The notes under the pieces were generated by a model that searched no databases, was not told the origin of the DNA, and saw only the letters and a list, made by a program, of their open reading frames with translations. This document shows, piece by piece, positions 50,601 through 59,642 of a stretch of 64,000 nt of DNA. The translations under genes and the position numbers were made by a program. Positions within the stretch are counted from its first letter, which is position 1. Every line of letters begins with the position of its first letter. This DNA comes from Ostreococcus lucimarinus (Eukaryota), in NCBI GenBank assembly GCA_000092065.1, contig CP000600.1. One strand, given 5' to 3'.

Positions 50601-52004
50601 ACCACGCTTTTGCGGTGGAACTGGGATATCTATCCGGACTTCACGCAGTAACCCCCAACACGACGATGGAATGTGCGTTTGAGTGAACACGGTGTGCTTC
50701 GTCGCTCTCAAAGCGCGCTGAAACGTACGTTCGTCAGTATAATCTATTGGTTCGTCAGGTTTGCCGTTTTTGTTTCTGTCGGTTTTGTACTCGAACTCAA
50801 CGCGCTTGCCTAACCGTTCGATATACTCGGCTGGAATTGCCACGTCGCTCTCGTCCAAGTCAGCGAGCGTCGATATGTTCGGGTCAAGCCCGACCATGGC
50901 GCACGCCACCCTGAGCACCGACGGTAATCCGTAGCCATCGTCTGGAACCGCTTCCCCTTCCTTCGGCTTCGTCCTAAAATCTAAAAGCGTAGTTTCTTCC
51001 AAACCTCGAGCCTTGAGCTCCTTTTTCACGTACGATTCGGCGTAAAAGCCTAAGCCCTTGCGAGCCGATTCGATTGCCCGCGCTTGGCGCACCGCGTACT
51101 GGAGCGCGTGCACGTGTTGCTTGACGACATCCTCGCTAAAGTACACCAAACTCACTCTGAAGGCGTCGGATGTTCTCACAGAAGACGCCACGGACGTCGT
51201 GTCCATGACATCACCCTCTGGGAGCAAAAACGGCGGCGGTCTCGCATTTTTGAGTCTGGGATCGTTCTCCAAAAAATCCTTCAACGTCGTGGGCGGCGGC
51301 GGGAACTTCTTCTTTCGCACCGGAATCTCATACGCCGCGATCGCCGCGTCGTACTTCTGACGCTTCGCTTCCTCGGCCGCTTTCTTCGCCGCCTCCTTAT
51401 CGCGCGCCTCCTGATGCTCCTTGTACAAGACGTAACTCGGCTTGACTTTCTGCCCCTTCTTCTGCGCCTTCTTCGCCGCCTCCTTGAGCTTTTCCTTGCG
51501 AATCGCGTCCGCCTCCGAATCCTTGAACGCATCCCCCCGTATCTCTCTTCCTCGCATGTGTCTCGGCATGTACACCGCCGCGCTCGTGTCTCGATCCAAC
51601 GGCGGCGGCGGCGCGAACGCGCTCGCGTTCGCGTCCAACGCCGCCCCCCCCTCGTCCTCCCAATCGTCCTCCATCGCTCGCGCTTTATCCTCCTCCGCCT
51701 CCTCCGCGCGTTCATCGTGATCTCGCATCTTCGTCAGCGTCAGTTTCCCGTTCGCGCCGCCAGTTCCGACCCTTCCTCGCGCGTCGCCTCGACTCGCCAG
51801 CTCCCGCAGCAGCCCGTTCAGCACGTGACTCTTCCCCACCCCCGACCGCCCCAGCGCCACGACTCGCAGCGGCGCCGACGTCGCGCGTTCGTATTCCTCC
51901 ATCGCCCGCGTCGTCTCCTCCACCAGCCGTCGTCGCGCGCTCTCCGGCACGACGTACGTCGACCCCGGCGCGTCGAGCGTCGCCGCGCGTCCGTGCGACA
52001 GCAT
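47616..52004 (-). CDS. giant P-loop GTPase (dynamin-like G1/G3 motifs) with long low-complexity insert and acidic tandem-repeat C-terminal region
   Basis: ALGRSGVGKSHVLNGLL (GxxxxGKS) and VLIDAPGAGDSD (DxxG) are separated by a ~440-aa Lys/Glu/Ala-rich insert. After the G-domain comes a long helical region, then EEDEDQIEPV x3, GEEEEQ(T/I)TV x4 and REIAVQT repeats, then a basic tail. The candidate ATG at 52004 (MLSHGRAATLD) was verified; the upstream ATG 52313 would leave only 21 bp to the divergent TTC1 start. The first ~290 codons of track ORF 47616-53195 are antisense to TTC1 and were rejected. Confidence 0.5.
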   Translation of the reverse strand: MLSHGRAATLDAPGSTYVVPESARRRLVEETTRAMEEYERATSAPLRVVALGRSGVGKSHVLNGLLRELASRGDARGRVGTGGANGKLTLTKMRDHDERAEEAEEDKARAMEDDWEDEGGAALDANASAFAPPPPLDRDTSAAVYMPRHMRGREIRGDAFKDSEADAIRKEKLKEAAKKAQKKGQKVKPSYVLYKEHQEARDKEAAKKAAEEAKRQKYDAAIAAYEIPVRKKKFPPPPTTLKDFLENDPRLKNARPPPFLLPEGDVMDTTSVASSVRTSDAFRVSLVYFSEDVVKQHVHALQYAVRQARAIESARKGLGFYAESYVKKELKARGLEETTLLDFRTKPKEGEAVPDDGYGLPSVLRVACAMVGLDPNISTLADLDESDVAIPAEYIERLGKRVEFEYKTDRNKNGKPDEPIDYTDERTFQRALRATKHTVFTQTHIPSSCWGLLREVRIDIPVPPQKRGLVLIDAPGAGDSDPARDRHLVAALRNAAAVICLGDSREVTGDIVRSLHKSGFLQQLAIRPATRRFINAVQGDRIWGSTATTLKRASALLKRKLGRDVSVEELAKDFPPVDEEIQWAIDRVINENTVEIATVRRAELLKMLMDQTGSVRELKQTANAVIAVAWKFLEFRLSWAKVLDPEKFDVQSITGHGSLNATLEELKRARQLKAMRRVTRRVHDVLKAFCVAAEPLCALPTCSDDSLRGFYDDIEFRLGEGGAYAARRVYELAHQFCTRVIAVSMKVAMEPLDIHAIKHGRAAVVREVLTKNLRPEERIHDIRTPADVRGFIIEAVDYFGKVLEATFYFNFNGKNTPQKPRGLLFQVCESVNAAWCHSLVSDQSTGELMFGALVKNQIASLAGPEDDPKRAMMRALFNLALTKFKLSPAHRYAYMNSAKVAGESTTRLWLECTKNIQIEINRQLKSVTAGLMCAFHPLDETTEVPPPEGVRAMMTDVINAISHTACTMNDLIIEKATKEIEKFYTPYILIASEDAMQACLTCMSPYVKKQVMPEFRARVAKPSMFTVISPDVKLAHSHMTVTSLILGSEAREPLSRAEKAKKLIALSEIGALPFQLTKPPVLSPAITDAIKAADDGINVGLDEFPLQIHMPAEAPAAPEMEANEEESIEVTEQQIVPVEEDEDQIEPVEEDEDQIEPVEEDEDQIEPVEEEEQITVGEEEEQTTVGEEEEQITVGEEEQTTVIDDREESIQGTLVPDADPDVDTDEIEVQSPAPIIKSTKGNAQMEKATSPQSKSSTPMKDVQTQTEYTASAKQPTVSASPRREIAVQTDDFGESPRREIAVQTYDFDEPETAVQTEETAERTSSEPSPTTHDASPVENPPPHSSSKSDLTATTTTTTTNAGERTKKRKMMCANELHAMPSVAANDPLTLAVNPVPGPLIALTSKIPTSDAKKRAKAERDRADFSPLKHTFDFDTDGDSDGDEPSPRPPVARILRKRPKRAF
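48085..48621. repeat. nested coding tandem repeats (48-nt x2; 27-nt x4; 30-nt x3-4)
   Basis: ccgactgtg(a/g)tttgttcttcttcctcg x3 (plus a variant copy at 48394) from 48394-48501; acgggttcgatttgatcttcgtcttcctcg x3 at 48502-48591 plus a degenerate copy; acggc(a/g)atttcgcgccgcgg... x2 at ~48085-48180. Confidence 0.85.
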
Positions 52005-52334
52005 CAGCTCCCGCGTCGACCGCAGCGCGTCGTGCAGCGCGCCCGTCTGCGCGTCGAAACAAAAAGCGCGGCGTTTACGGTCAGTCGCGAAGTTCGTCGT
52101 TCCGCGCGCGTCGTCGTTCCGCGCGCGTCGCGACGATTTCATTTCATTTTCGCGCGCTTCGATTCGCGTTCGACGCACCCGCACGACGCGCAGCGCGGCG
52201 TCGACGGCGTCGGCGTCCGTCAGGTCCCCGCACGCGCTCTCCGCGTGCCGCGCGAGCGAGCGCGCGCGGCGCTCGGCGCGCGCGGCGTCGGAATCATCGG
52301 ATTCGTCGCGCATCGCCGCACAGTGCCGCGCGCG

Positions 52335-53060
52335 ATGGTCGCGCTCGTCGACGCGGACGACGCGCGCGGCGCGACGGACGCGCGCGACGACGACGGCGAC
52401 GCGCGCGACGCGCGCGGCGACGCGCGCGACGCGGCGGCGCGGCGGCGCGATGGGAACGCGGCGTTCGCGCGGGGCGCGTACGCCGAGGCGTCGCGCGCGT
52501 ACACGGACGCGCTGACGCGCGCGCGCGGCGATGGGCGCGGCGACGCGCGCGAGGACGCTTTGGACGCGGGCGAGGACGCGGCGGGCGCGGCGCGCGGCGA
52601 CGGGGACGCGGCGACGTGTCTGGCGAATCGCGCGGCGTGTTGGTTGAAGCTGGAGCGATACGAGGACGCGGCGAGGGATTGCGACGAGGCGATCGCGATC
52701 GATGGGACGTACGCGAAGGCGTACGCGAGACGGGCGCGCGCGAGGGAGGCGCTCGGGGACGAGGAGGGGGCGCTGGAGGATTGGGAGAGGACGCGCGCGT
52801 TGGCGCCGAGGGACGCGACGGCGAGGGACGAGACGAGGCGACTGAAGCCGGTGGTGGAGCGGAAACGGGAAGAGATGAAGAGAGAGATGTTGGATAAGAT
52901 GAAGGATTTGGGGAACTCTTTGCTCGGGAACTTTGGGCTGAGTTTGGATAACTTCAAGGCGGAGAAGGACGCGACGACGGGGAGTTACTCGATTCACTTC
53001 GTCGACGAAAAGAAACGCTCGACGACTGGCGACGAGGACGACGAGGACGACGAGAACTGA
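52335..53060 (+). CDS. TTC1: TTC1-like tetratricopeptide-repeat protein
   Basis: ATG verified at 52335. TPRs (GNAAFARGAYAEASRAYTDAL...ATCLANRAACWLKLERYEDAARDCDEAIAIDGTYAKAYARRARAREALGDEEGALEDWERTRALAP). C-terminus KMKDLGNSLLGNFGLSLDNFKAEKDATTGSYSIHFV matches the TTC1 C-terminal motif (LGN..L..FGLST.NF....D..TGSYSI.FV). Confidence 0.7.
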   Translation: MVALVDADDARGATDARDDDGDARDARGDARDAAARRRDGNAAFARGAYAEASRAYTDALTRARGDGRGDAREDALDAGEDAAGAARGDGDAATCLANRAACWLKLERYEDAARDCDEAIAIDGTYAKAYARRARAREALGDEEGALEDWERTRALAPRDATARDETRRLKPVVERKREEMKREMLDKMKDLGNSLLGNFGLSLDNFKAEKDATTGSYSIHFVDEKKRSTTGDEDDEDDEN

Positions 53061-53136
53061 GCTCGCGCGCGCGGTGCGCTCGCTATAGCTATTAAAATTG
53101 TCACACGCGCGCGCTCGAGCGTCGCGAGAGTCTAGT

Positions 53137-53850
53137 CTAATCGCCGTCGCGTTCGAGTCCGCCGCGCAACGCGAGCTGTCGACACCGCTTTTCAAACGCT
53201 TGAATCTGCGACCTCGCGACGTCGTCGAAGACCACGCTCACCGCCGCGGCGTGCATGGGATCTTTAACTTCAAAATCAATCTCGAAATCCACGATGACGC
53301 CCTCGGCGGGTAATCCCGTGACCGGGTCTTCGTCCTCGTCGTCGTCGAGCGGCGAAAATTTCCACGTCGTCGTCATCGACCGAAACAACCCGCTCGACAC
53401 GCTCGTCGCCGTCACGCGCTCCGGTCGCGCGCACGTCACCGCGCTCGTGTACTTCTCGTTGAATAATTTAAACCCAATCTCCAAATCCGCCTCAAAGTAT
53501 TCCTCCCCTCGCGCCAGCGCCTCGCGTTCGCGTTCGCGTCCCCATCGCTCTCGCGGCGTCCGCCTCGCCCCCGCGCAGAACGGCACGAACGCCGCGTAAC
53601 TGTCCACGTCCGCCACCGCGTCGCACAGCGCGTCTCGCGCGATCCCCTTGACGATTCGTCGCGCCGAGAACCGTCGCCGCGCGCCCTCGTCGCCGTCGCC
53701 GTCGCCGTTTCGCCCGTCGCCGTCGTCACCGCGCGTCGCCACCTCCCGCGCGCGTCCGAGCGTCGCGCCGGGCGTCGCGCGGGTCGGCCCCACGGCGCGC
53801 GTCGCGCGCGTCGCCGCCTCCCGCGCGCGCCTCGCGAGCGCGCGCGACAT
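53137..53850 (-). CDS. COQ10: coenzyme Q-binding protein COQ10 (START/SRPBCC fold), mitochondrial
   Basis: FSARRIVKGIARDALCDAVADVDSYAAFVPFCAGAR...YFEADLEIGFKLFNEKYTSAVTC...TTWKFSPL...GVIVDFEIDFEVKDPMHAAAVSVVFDDVARSQIQAFEKRCRQL. The track start 53964 is GTG; ATG at 53850 precedes a presequence-like MSRALARRAREAATRATRAV. Confidence 0.7.
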   Translation of the reverse strand: MSRALARRAREAATRATRAVGPTRATPGATLGRAREVATRGDDGDGRNGDGDGDEGARRRFSARRIVKGIARDALCDAVADVDSYAAFVPFCAGARRTPRERWGREREREALARGEEYFEADLEIGFKLFNEKYTSAVTCARPERVTATSVSSGLFRSMTTTWKFSPLDDDEDEDPVTGLPAEGVIVDFEIDFEVKDPMHAAAVSVVFDDVARSQIQAFEKRCRQLALRGGLERDGD

Positions 53851-54035
53851 CGCCGCGCCGCGCTCTGACGCGACGCGCGCGACGCGCGCGTGCGCCGAGT
53901 CCGACCGACCTCTCGTCCGGACTGTTTGCGCATACACCCGCGCGACCGACCGCACGGTTCGCACTGTTTGCCCCGCCGCGATGGGGCATCGCGATCGGGG
54001 CGCGCGCGCGCGATCGCGACACTCCCGCGCGCACG

Positions 54036-55180
54036 ATGTTCACGCTCTCCACCACCCTCGCGCACGCCGCCGTCAAGGCGAACGTCAAGGCGACGCGTAA
54101 ATCGCAATCGCGCCGAGGCGCCGTCAAGGTCGCCGCGCAGGCGCCCGACGCGTCGAGCCGTCGCGAAGCCATGAGTCTCATCGCGGTGCGTCCGAACGCG
54201 ACGACGCGATCGAGCGCGCGATGCGCGCGCCCGCGCGCGACGCGCGACGCGCGGGACGACGCGGGACGACGCGGGACGACGCGCGGAATTATTGTCGAGC
54301 GAACCGGCGCGCGAGGGCGCGGAGAGACGCGCGCGCGACGCGTCGAGGACGCGACGCGCGCGACATCATCCAACGAGATACTGACGATCGCGCGGCGTGC
54401 GGTTTCATCGAACGCAGGGCGCGACGACGCTCGCGATGTCCAAGCCGGCGTTCGCGGCGTACGGTGACTCGGCGAACGTTTTCGGCGGCGTGTCGAACCC
54501 GACCGGTGCGTGCGCGCGCGAGGCGCGAGGCGCGCGCGAGGCGCGCGCGAGGCGCGAGCGATCGTATCGACCCGAGATACGATTCGCGCGTGATCCGGGA
54601 CCGATGGGTCGTGATGTCGTGTGGGTAAACAGTGAGACTGACGAGACGCGCTACTTTCGCGAATGCAGGTTTCGTCCCGTACGCCGGCGACGGCTTCGCG
54701 TTCTTGTTGCCGAGCAAGTACAACCCGAGCAAGGAACGCCCGTTCCCGAACACGGAGTGCTATTTCGAGGATAACTTTGACCAAGTGACGAACATTTCCG
54801 TAATCGCCGAAAAAGCCGAAAAGGGGAGCATCGACGCGTACGGCAAGCCGGAGCAATTCTTGGAAAAGCTTGGGTACTTATTGGGCGTGCAATCGTACGC
54901 CGGGCAAACCCGCTCCGAAGGGGGGTTCGCGGCGAACAAGGTTTCCACCGCCGCCGTGCTCGACGTGTACACGCGCGAAAACAAGGGCAAGACGTACTAC
55001 CAATACGAAATTCTCACGCGCACCGCGGACGGCGACGAAGGCGGACGCCACCAGTTGATCACCGCCACCGTGAGTGATGGGAACTTGTACATCATGAAGC
55101 TTCAATCGGGTGACAAGCGTTGGTTCAAGGGTCAAGAGCGCGACCTTCGCACCGCGATGAACTCGTTCACCGTGGCGTAA
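54036..55180 (+). CDS. psbP: photosystem II oxygen-evolving complex 23-kDa protein PsbP; exons 54036-54185, 54418-54505, 54669-55180
   Basis: Exon 1 MFTLSTTLAHAAVKANVKATRKSQSRRGAVKVAAQAPDASSRREAMSLIA: stromal transit peptide plus twin-arginine signal. Exon 2 GATTLAMSKPAFA|AYGDSANVFGGVSNPT(G): hydrophobic core, AxA cleavage site, mature N-terminus. Exon 3 FVPYAGDGFAFLLPSKYNPSKE...YLLGVQSYAGQTRSEGGF...YYQYEILTRTADGDEGGRHQLITATVSDGNLYIMKLQSGDKRWFKG...FTVA is near-identical to plant PsbP. Both donors are GTGCGT (54186, 54506); acceptors are CGCAG (54413-54417) and TGCAG (54664-54668) with ACTGAC branch motifs; split codon G|GT joins exons 2 and 3. Confidence 0.9.
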
Positions 55181-55267
55181 GCGAGCGCGCCGCTCGCCGC
55201 GCCCGCCACACACATATAGTTCCGCGACGTTTTAAACGCGAAGCAACCATAGCACGTGTTATGAAAG

Positions 55268-56668
55268 ATGAACATCACCACACCGCGCCGCGCCGCGCCG
55301 TCGCTTCGCGCGCGCGCGCACCGCCCGCCGCGCCCTGACCGCGCGCTCGCCATGCGCGCGTCCCCGCGCGCGCTCGGAAAGTTGAAACCGCGCGACGTCG
55401 CGCTGCTCGATTCGATCCTCTCTCGCGTGCACGCGTCGATGCCGGCGCGTTCCGAGGCCGCGACGGCGGGCGCGCGCGAAGAGTACGTCGTCGGACTGTC
55501 CGGAGGCGTCGACAGCGCCGTCGCCGCGTGGGCGCTCGAGCGGTGCGGCGCGCGCGCGACGGCGACGCTCATGAGAAACTGGGACGCCCGGGACGAGGAC
55601 GCGGCGACGGATTGCTCGCACAGGGACGACCTGAAGTCGGCGAGAGCGATCGCAGAAAAATTGAATCTGAGATTTATCGAAAGCGATTTCACGAGAGAGT
55701 ACTGGCACGAGGTGTTCGAACCGTACGTCGAGGCGTTCGAGAGCGGGGCGACGCCGAACCCGGATTTGGAGTGTAACCGCCGCGTAAAGTTTGGCGCGTT
55801 GTTGAGACGGGCGATGGAGGATTTGGGAGGGCGGTATCTCGCCACCGGGCACTACGCGAGGATCGATCGAGACGTCGACGAGGGCGCGCCGCCGCGGTTA
55901 CTGCGAGGGATCGATCAGACGAAGGATCAGTCGTACTTTTTGGCGTCGGTGCGCGGCGAGGCGTTGCGAAGCGCGTGCTTTCCGCTCGGCGCGGTGTTCA
56001 AGTCAGAGACGCGCGAGGCGGCGCGGATTCTCGGGTTCGATTGCGCCGATAGACGATCGAGCGCGGGGATCTGTTTCATCGGTCGCAGGCCGTTCGGGGA
56101 GTTTATCGGTGAGTACATCACGCCAAGCGAGGGCGCGTTCGTGGACGCGGAGACGGCGCGTCCGGTGCCGGGCGCGGCGCCGCATCGAGGATTGGCGTCG
56201 TACACCGTCGGACAGCGCGCAAAAATAGGCGGTGCGCCAAAACCTTGGTTTGTCGTCGGGAAGAACGTCGCCGCAAACGTCGTGTACGTCGCAAAAGGTG
56301 CTGAGCACGACGCGTTGTATTCCACTCGCGCCGCGTTGGCGGATGAGTTTTGGATTTCCAATCGACGGCCTACGAGCGACGACGGATCGAGTTCCGTTCG
56401 CCTGCTCGCGAAAACGCGCTACGCCTCGTCACTCACTCCAGTGACGCTATCGGTCGCGAGCGACGACGAGACGTTCACGAAATCGAGGTTTTCTTCCTCG
56501 TTCGTCCCGCGCGTCGAATCGTCGCCGCTCCGCGCGACGTTCGACCGTCCCGAACGCGCCGTCACCCCAGGTCAGGCTTTGGTGCTCTACGACGGCGACG
56601 TGTGCTTGGGCGGTGGCGTCATCGAACACGTCGGCGTAACCGAGTTCGAGGCGCGCGCCGCGTCTTAG
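55268..56668 (+). CDS. mnmA: tRNA-specific 2-thiouridylase MnmA/TRMU
   Basis: ATG verified at 55268. PP-loop VVGLSGGVDSAVAAWAL; CSHRDDL...GHYAR...KDQSYFL motifs; C-terminal tRNA-binding beta-barrel. The N-terminus is presequence-like; the start could instead be the ATG at ~55352 (MRASPRALGK). Confidence 0.85.
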   Translation: MNITTPRRAAPSLRARAHRPPRPDRALAMRASPRALGKLKPRDVALLDSILSRVHASMPARSEAATAGAREEYVVGLSGGVDSAVAAWALERCGARATATLMRNWDARDEDAATDCSHRDDLKSARAIAEKLNLRFIESDFTREYWHEVFEPYVEAFESGATPNPDLECNRRVKFGALLRRAMEDLGGRYLATGHYARIDRDVDEGAPPRLLRGIDQTKDQSYFLASVRGEALRSACFPLGAVFKSETREAARILGFDCADRRSSAGICFIGRRPFGEFIGEYITPSEGAFVDAETARPVPGAAPHRGLASYTVGQRAKIGGAPKPWFVVGKNVAANVVYVAKGAEHDALYSTRAALADEFWISNRRPTSDDGSSSVRLLAKTRYASSLTPVTLSVASDDETFTKSRFSSSFVPRVESSPLRATFDRPERAVTPGQALVLYDGDVCLGGGVIEHVGVTEFEARAAS

Positions 56669-56748
56669 TTTCTAGCCCACATTTAGTCAAACGTAGCCGC
56701 CGTCCCAACTGTCCCGTCGGCGTCACACCGCGCCTCGCGCCGTCGAGG

Positions 56749-57894
56749 ATGCCCGCGATCCTCGACCACATCTTCGAGTTCGTCGGCCGACTCACGCCGA
56801 AGCGTAGCGATAAGCGCTTCTTCGCGGTGGACGCTTGGGGGAATTTGGACCTCGCCCGCGACGTGCACGCGCAGTCTTTGACGTATTTCCACTCAAAGTC
56901 AAAGCCGCCCGTCGACGCGACTTTACGTCGCGACACCGCGTGTGATATCGCGTGGGCGCCGCCTTCGGTGGACGCAGATTACGGCGATGGCGTCGTGCGC
57001 CAAGACGCGACTTTTGTGAGTCCGTTCGCGGATGCGTTGCCGGAGGAGTCGCGTTTGGTGCGTTTCGCGCGTTTGCGTCCGGGAGCGCCGCCGGCGAGCG
57101 GGACGGATGGTGCGGCGAGCGCGGTGAAGCGCGTCGCGGTGCTGCTTCCGTGCACGGGAGACGTAGACGAATGGTTCAGACGATCGATCGCGCGAGAGTT
57201 ACTGACGAATGGTGTGGAGTGCGTGATACCGACCATCGCGTATTACGGCGAGCGCAAGCCGGCGAGGCAGTGGCGACACGTATTGCGAAGCGTCGCCGAC
57301 GCGAAGATTCAGCTGAGTGTGACGCCGGTGGAGATGATGATGCTTTGTATGGCGTTGGATGAAGAAGCGAAACGAGACGGGCACGCGAGCGTCGATTTGT
57401 GCTTGGCTGGGGTGTCGCTGGGCGGGACGATGAGCGCGTTGACCGCGCTGGCGATGGCCAAGGCGCGCGGCGATGCCGAGAACAACGTCGTCGTCTGTTG
57501 TGTTGCCGCCGCGAACGATTGCACGCCGTACGTCGAAGGAAGCATCGAAACTAGATTAGCTTGGGAAGTGCTTTGTGAATCGGGCGAGGCGGACGGGGCG
57601 ACACCCATGAGTAAGGAACGGTGTAAAACTATTTTGCTCGACGTGTTGAAAGAATTGGACATGAGTAATCTCGTCGTCGAAAACGCCGTAAAGGGCGCGG
57701 TTTGCGTGACCGCGAGGGAAGACCGCTTCGTCGGCGCTGGAGATGCGATCGCGAAGACACTACAAACTATGGTGACGACCGCTGAAGGGTTCATTCGCGA
57801 AGACTTCGACGGCGGACATTTACAATTTTTATTCGGCAACAAATCCTCCATTGCGCCGAATATTCAAAGAGCATTCGATCTCATGAGAGCGTAG
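56749..57894 (+). CDS. alpha/beta-hydrolase family protein (ABHD18/DUF2048-like)
   Basis: ATG verified at 56749 (MPAILDHIFEF...). LCLAGVSLGGTMSALTALAM nucleophile region; length and order of motifs resemble the ABHD18 family; assignment tentative. Confidence 0.5.
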   Translation: MPAILDHIFEFVGRLTPKRSDKRFFAVDAWGNLDLARDVHAQSLTYFHSKSKPPVDATLRRDTACDIAWAPPSVDADYGDGVVRQDATFVSPFADALPEESRLVRFARLRPGAPPASGTDGAASAVKRVAVLLPCTGDVDEWFRRSIARELLTNGVECVIPTIAYYGERKPARQWRHVLRSVADAKIQLSVTPVEMMMLCMALDEEAKRDGHASVDLCLAGVSLGGTMSALTALAMAKARGDAENNVVVCCVAAANDCTPYVEGSIETRLAWEVLCESGEADGATPMSKERCKTILLDVLKELDMSNLVVENAVKGAVCVTAREDRFVGAGDAIAKTLQTMVTTAEGFIREDFDGGHLQFLFGNKSSIAPNIQRAFDLMRA

Positions 57895-57959
57895 CAAGTT
57901 TCTTGAATGAATGTAATTTACAAAAGAATCGATGAATGGATGCTTGTGATCGTGCGTTG

Positions 57960-59642
57960 TCAACCGTCGGTAAACTTACCTATCCACACGAGCGCGCCGA
58001 ACGCGATTCGCCTAGCCCATTTCCGTTTTCGACCTTGCGGGCGTTCGGCGGTGCGCTCGTCGAAGGATTCATCGTCGCTCGATTCCGTCGCCCGTCGAGA
58101 CGCCGCTGACGCGGAGTTCGGGTCAACGAGTTCAACAAGCAGCTTCAACACTTTGCCGATCCTCCTTCGGACTCTTTGGCGTTTATTCAACCCATTTCGT
58201 CCACTGAAGAGATACTCGCGACTGGAATCTGTCGGAGCAAAGTGAAGCTTGTTGGCGACGTCCTCGGCGTCGAGTGGAGGCGACCCCGCGCGCGATCCCG
58301 CTGTCGCATCTTCGCCTTCATCGTCGCTCTGCGGCACACTCGTTCGTCCGGTTCGGAATGATCTCGTGTGCGGCACCTCGCGCGTCGCCGGCGGCGCGGG
58401 AATGGCGTCGTAATTCTTCATGCGAGCATTCGCTCGCACGCGACGCTGCAACTCGCTATTGAACGTCGCCATGTATGCGTCTAGTCCTTTTGCCGCAGCC
58501 ATGTGAGCGAGTCTCGGTGGCACGCCGGGATCTTCGTAATAAATGGATACGTACTGACTGCCTTTGACTTCGTCGTTCTTTCCCACCATGATGGCGCTGT
58601 ACATGGATTTGACGTCCACCGCGCGCGCTCCCATCATCTGTTGAAGCTTGTTCTTCGCCGAAACCGCGGACGGTGATTCCAACGCGTCGCGACAAATGCA
58701 TGTCGCCATCTCATTTTTCTTATCGTACCACATCCGACGAGAGACGAGATAATCACGAGGTGCCATGAGACGAGGGTATTTCAACCGCCAATACACCACG
58801 TCTTGCGCGGTGAACTCCTTCTCCTTGTTCTCGGCGTCTTCGCGTTCAACGCACGTCGGGTGCAACGTCGTGCTATCCCACGCTTGACGTCCCAACAAAT
58901 CCGTCTGTGCGTGGAACAATATTTCCGCGGGTACCCCAGCCGCTAAGACTTCCGTGCGGAATTTCGCGAGTCCCTTCTTCATCATGCGCTTGTCCTCGGC
59001 GGAGACGCCGCGAAGCATCCTGTACGTGCAGCATCCCACGCGTCCGCTGGCGATGACGTCCCAGTCACCCTCATCGTTCGCCACCGCAGTCGCAAATGCT
59101 TCGTAATCCTTATTCGTCACCCTATCACGCACGTCATCGGCTAAGTCCCTCGGCCCTTCGTTCGCCACGAGATCGTCGTCCCATCCTCGGTCCACCGCTC
59201 GACGCGTGACGCCCGAGTAAAACGCTTTCAGCGTCCACACCGGCGCGCCCAGCGCGGCGCCCAGCGCCCAGCGCATCAAGCTAAAGAACAACTTAATCGC
59301 CAACAACGCCACGCGATCCGGCGGCGGCGTATTCTTATCCATCCGCAACCCTATGAACAGCGCCTTGTACGCCAACGAAGTCGCCCACATGGCCAACACG
59401 CACAGCGACATCGTCCTCGGGGACATCTCTCCCTTTCGCACGCGCACCGCGAGCGCACCGACCACCGTCGCGCACGCGCTTTCGCACCAACTCAAAGTCG
59501 CGACCGCACCGTCCCCATCGTTCGCCGCGCTCGTCTCCTCCTGCGCCGGTTTCCCGTCCCTCGACCGCCGCCGCCGCCGCCGCGGCGCGTCCCCAAGCGT
59601 CTCCGCGCTGTCTTCGAGCTCCACCGCCCCCGCGCGCGTCAT
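57960..59642 (-). CDS. START (StAR-related lipid-transfer) domain protein with N-terminal transmembrane segments
   Basis: ATG verified at 59642. Three hydrophobic helices near the N-terminus. START-like core EFTAQDVVYWRLKYPRLMAPRDYLVSRRMWYDKKNEMATCICRDAL...VKGSQYVSIYYEDPG...GLDAYMATFNSEL. Confidence 0.6.
   Translation of the reverse strand: MTRAGAVELEDSAETLGDAPRRRRRRSRDGKPAQEETSAANDGDGAVATLSWCESACATVVGALAVRVRKGEMSPRTMSLCVLAMWATSLAYKALFIGLRMDKNTPPPDRVALLAIKLFFSLMRWALGAALGAPVWTLKAFYSGVTRRAVDRGWDDDLVANEGPRDLADDVRDRVTNKDYEAFATAVANDEGDWDVIASGRVGCCTYRMLRGVSAEDKRMMKKGLAKFRTEVLAAGVPAEILFHAQTDLLGRQAWDSTTLHPTCVEREDAENKEKEFTAQDVVYWRLKYPRLMAPRDYLVSRRMWYDKKNEMATCICRDALESPSAVSAKNKLQQMMGARAVDVKSMYSAIMVGKNDEVKGSQYVSIYYEDPGVPPRLAHMAAAKGLDAYMATFNSELQRRVRANARMKNYDAIPAPPATREVPHTRSFRTGRTSVPQSDDEGEDATAGSRAGSPPLDAEDVANKLHFAPTDSSREYLFSGRNGLNKRQRVRRRIGKVLKLLVELVDPNSASAASRRATESSDDESFDERTAERPQGRKRKWARRIAFGALVWIGKFTDG

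Noticed and set aside
51084-52334. Upstream 417 codons of plus ORF 51084-53060 and the N-terminal 290 codons of minus ORF 47616-53195
   Set aside because: Each is antisense to a well-supported gene on the other strand (the GTPase and TTC1 respectively). The real starts were placed at ATG 52335 (plus) and ATG 52004/52313 (minus).
53726-54856. 376-aa minus-strand ORF
   Set aside because: It overlaps the three-exon PsbP gene on the plus strand; it is Arg/Ala-rich with no homology and is an antisense artefact.
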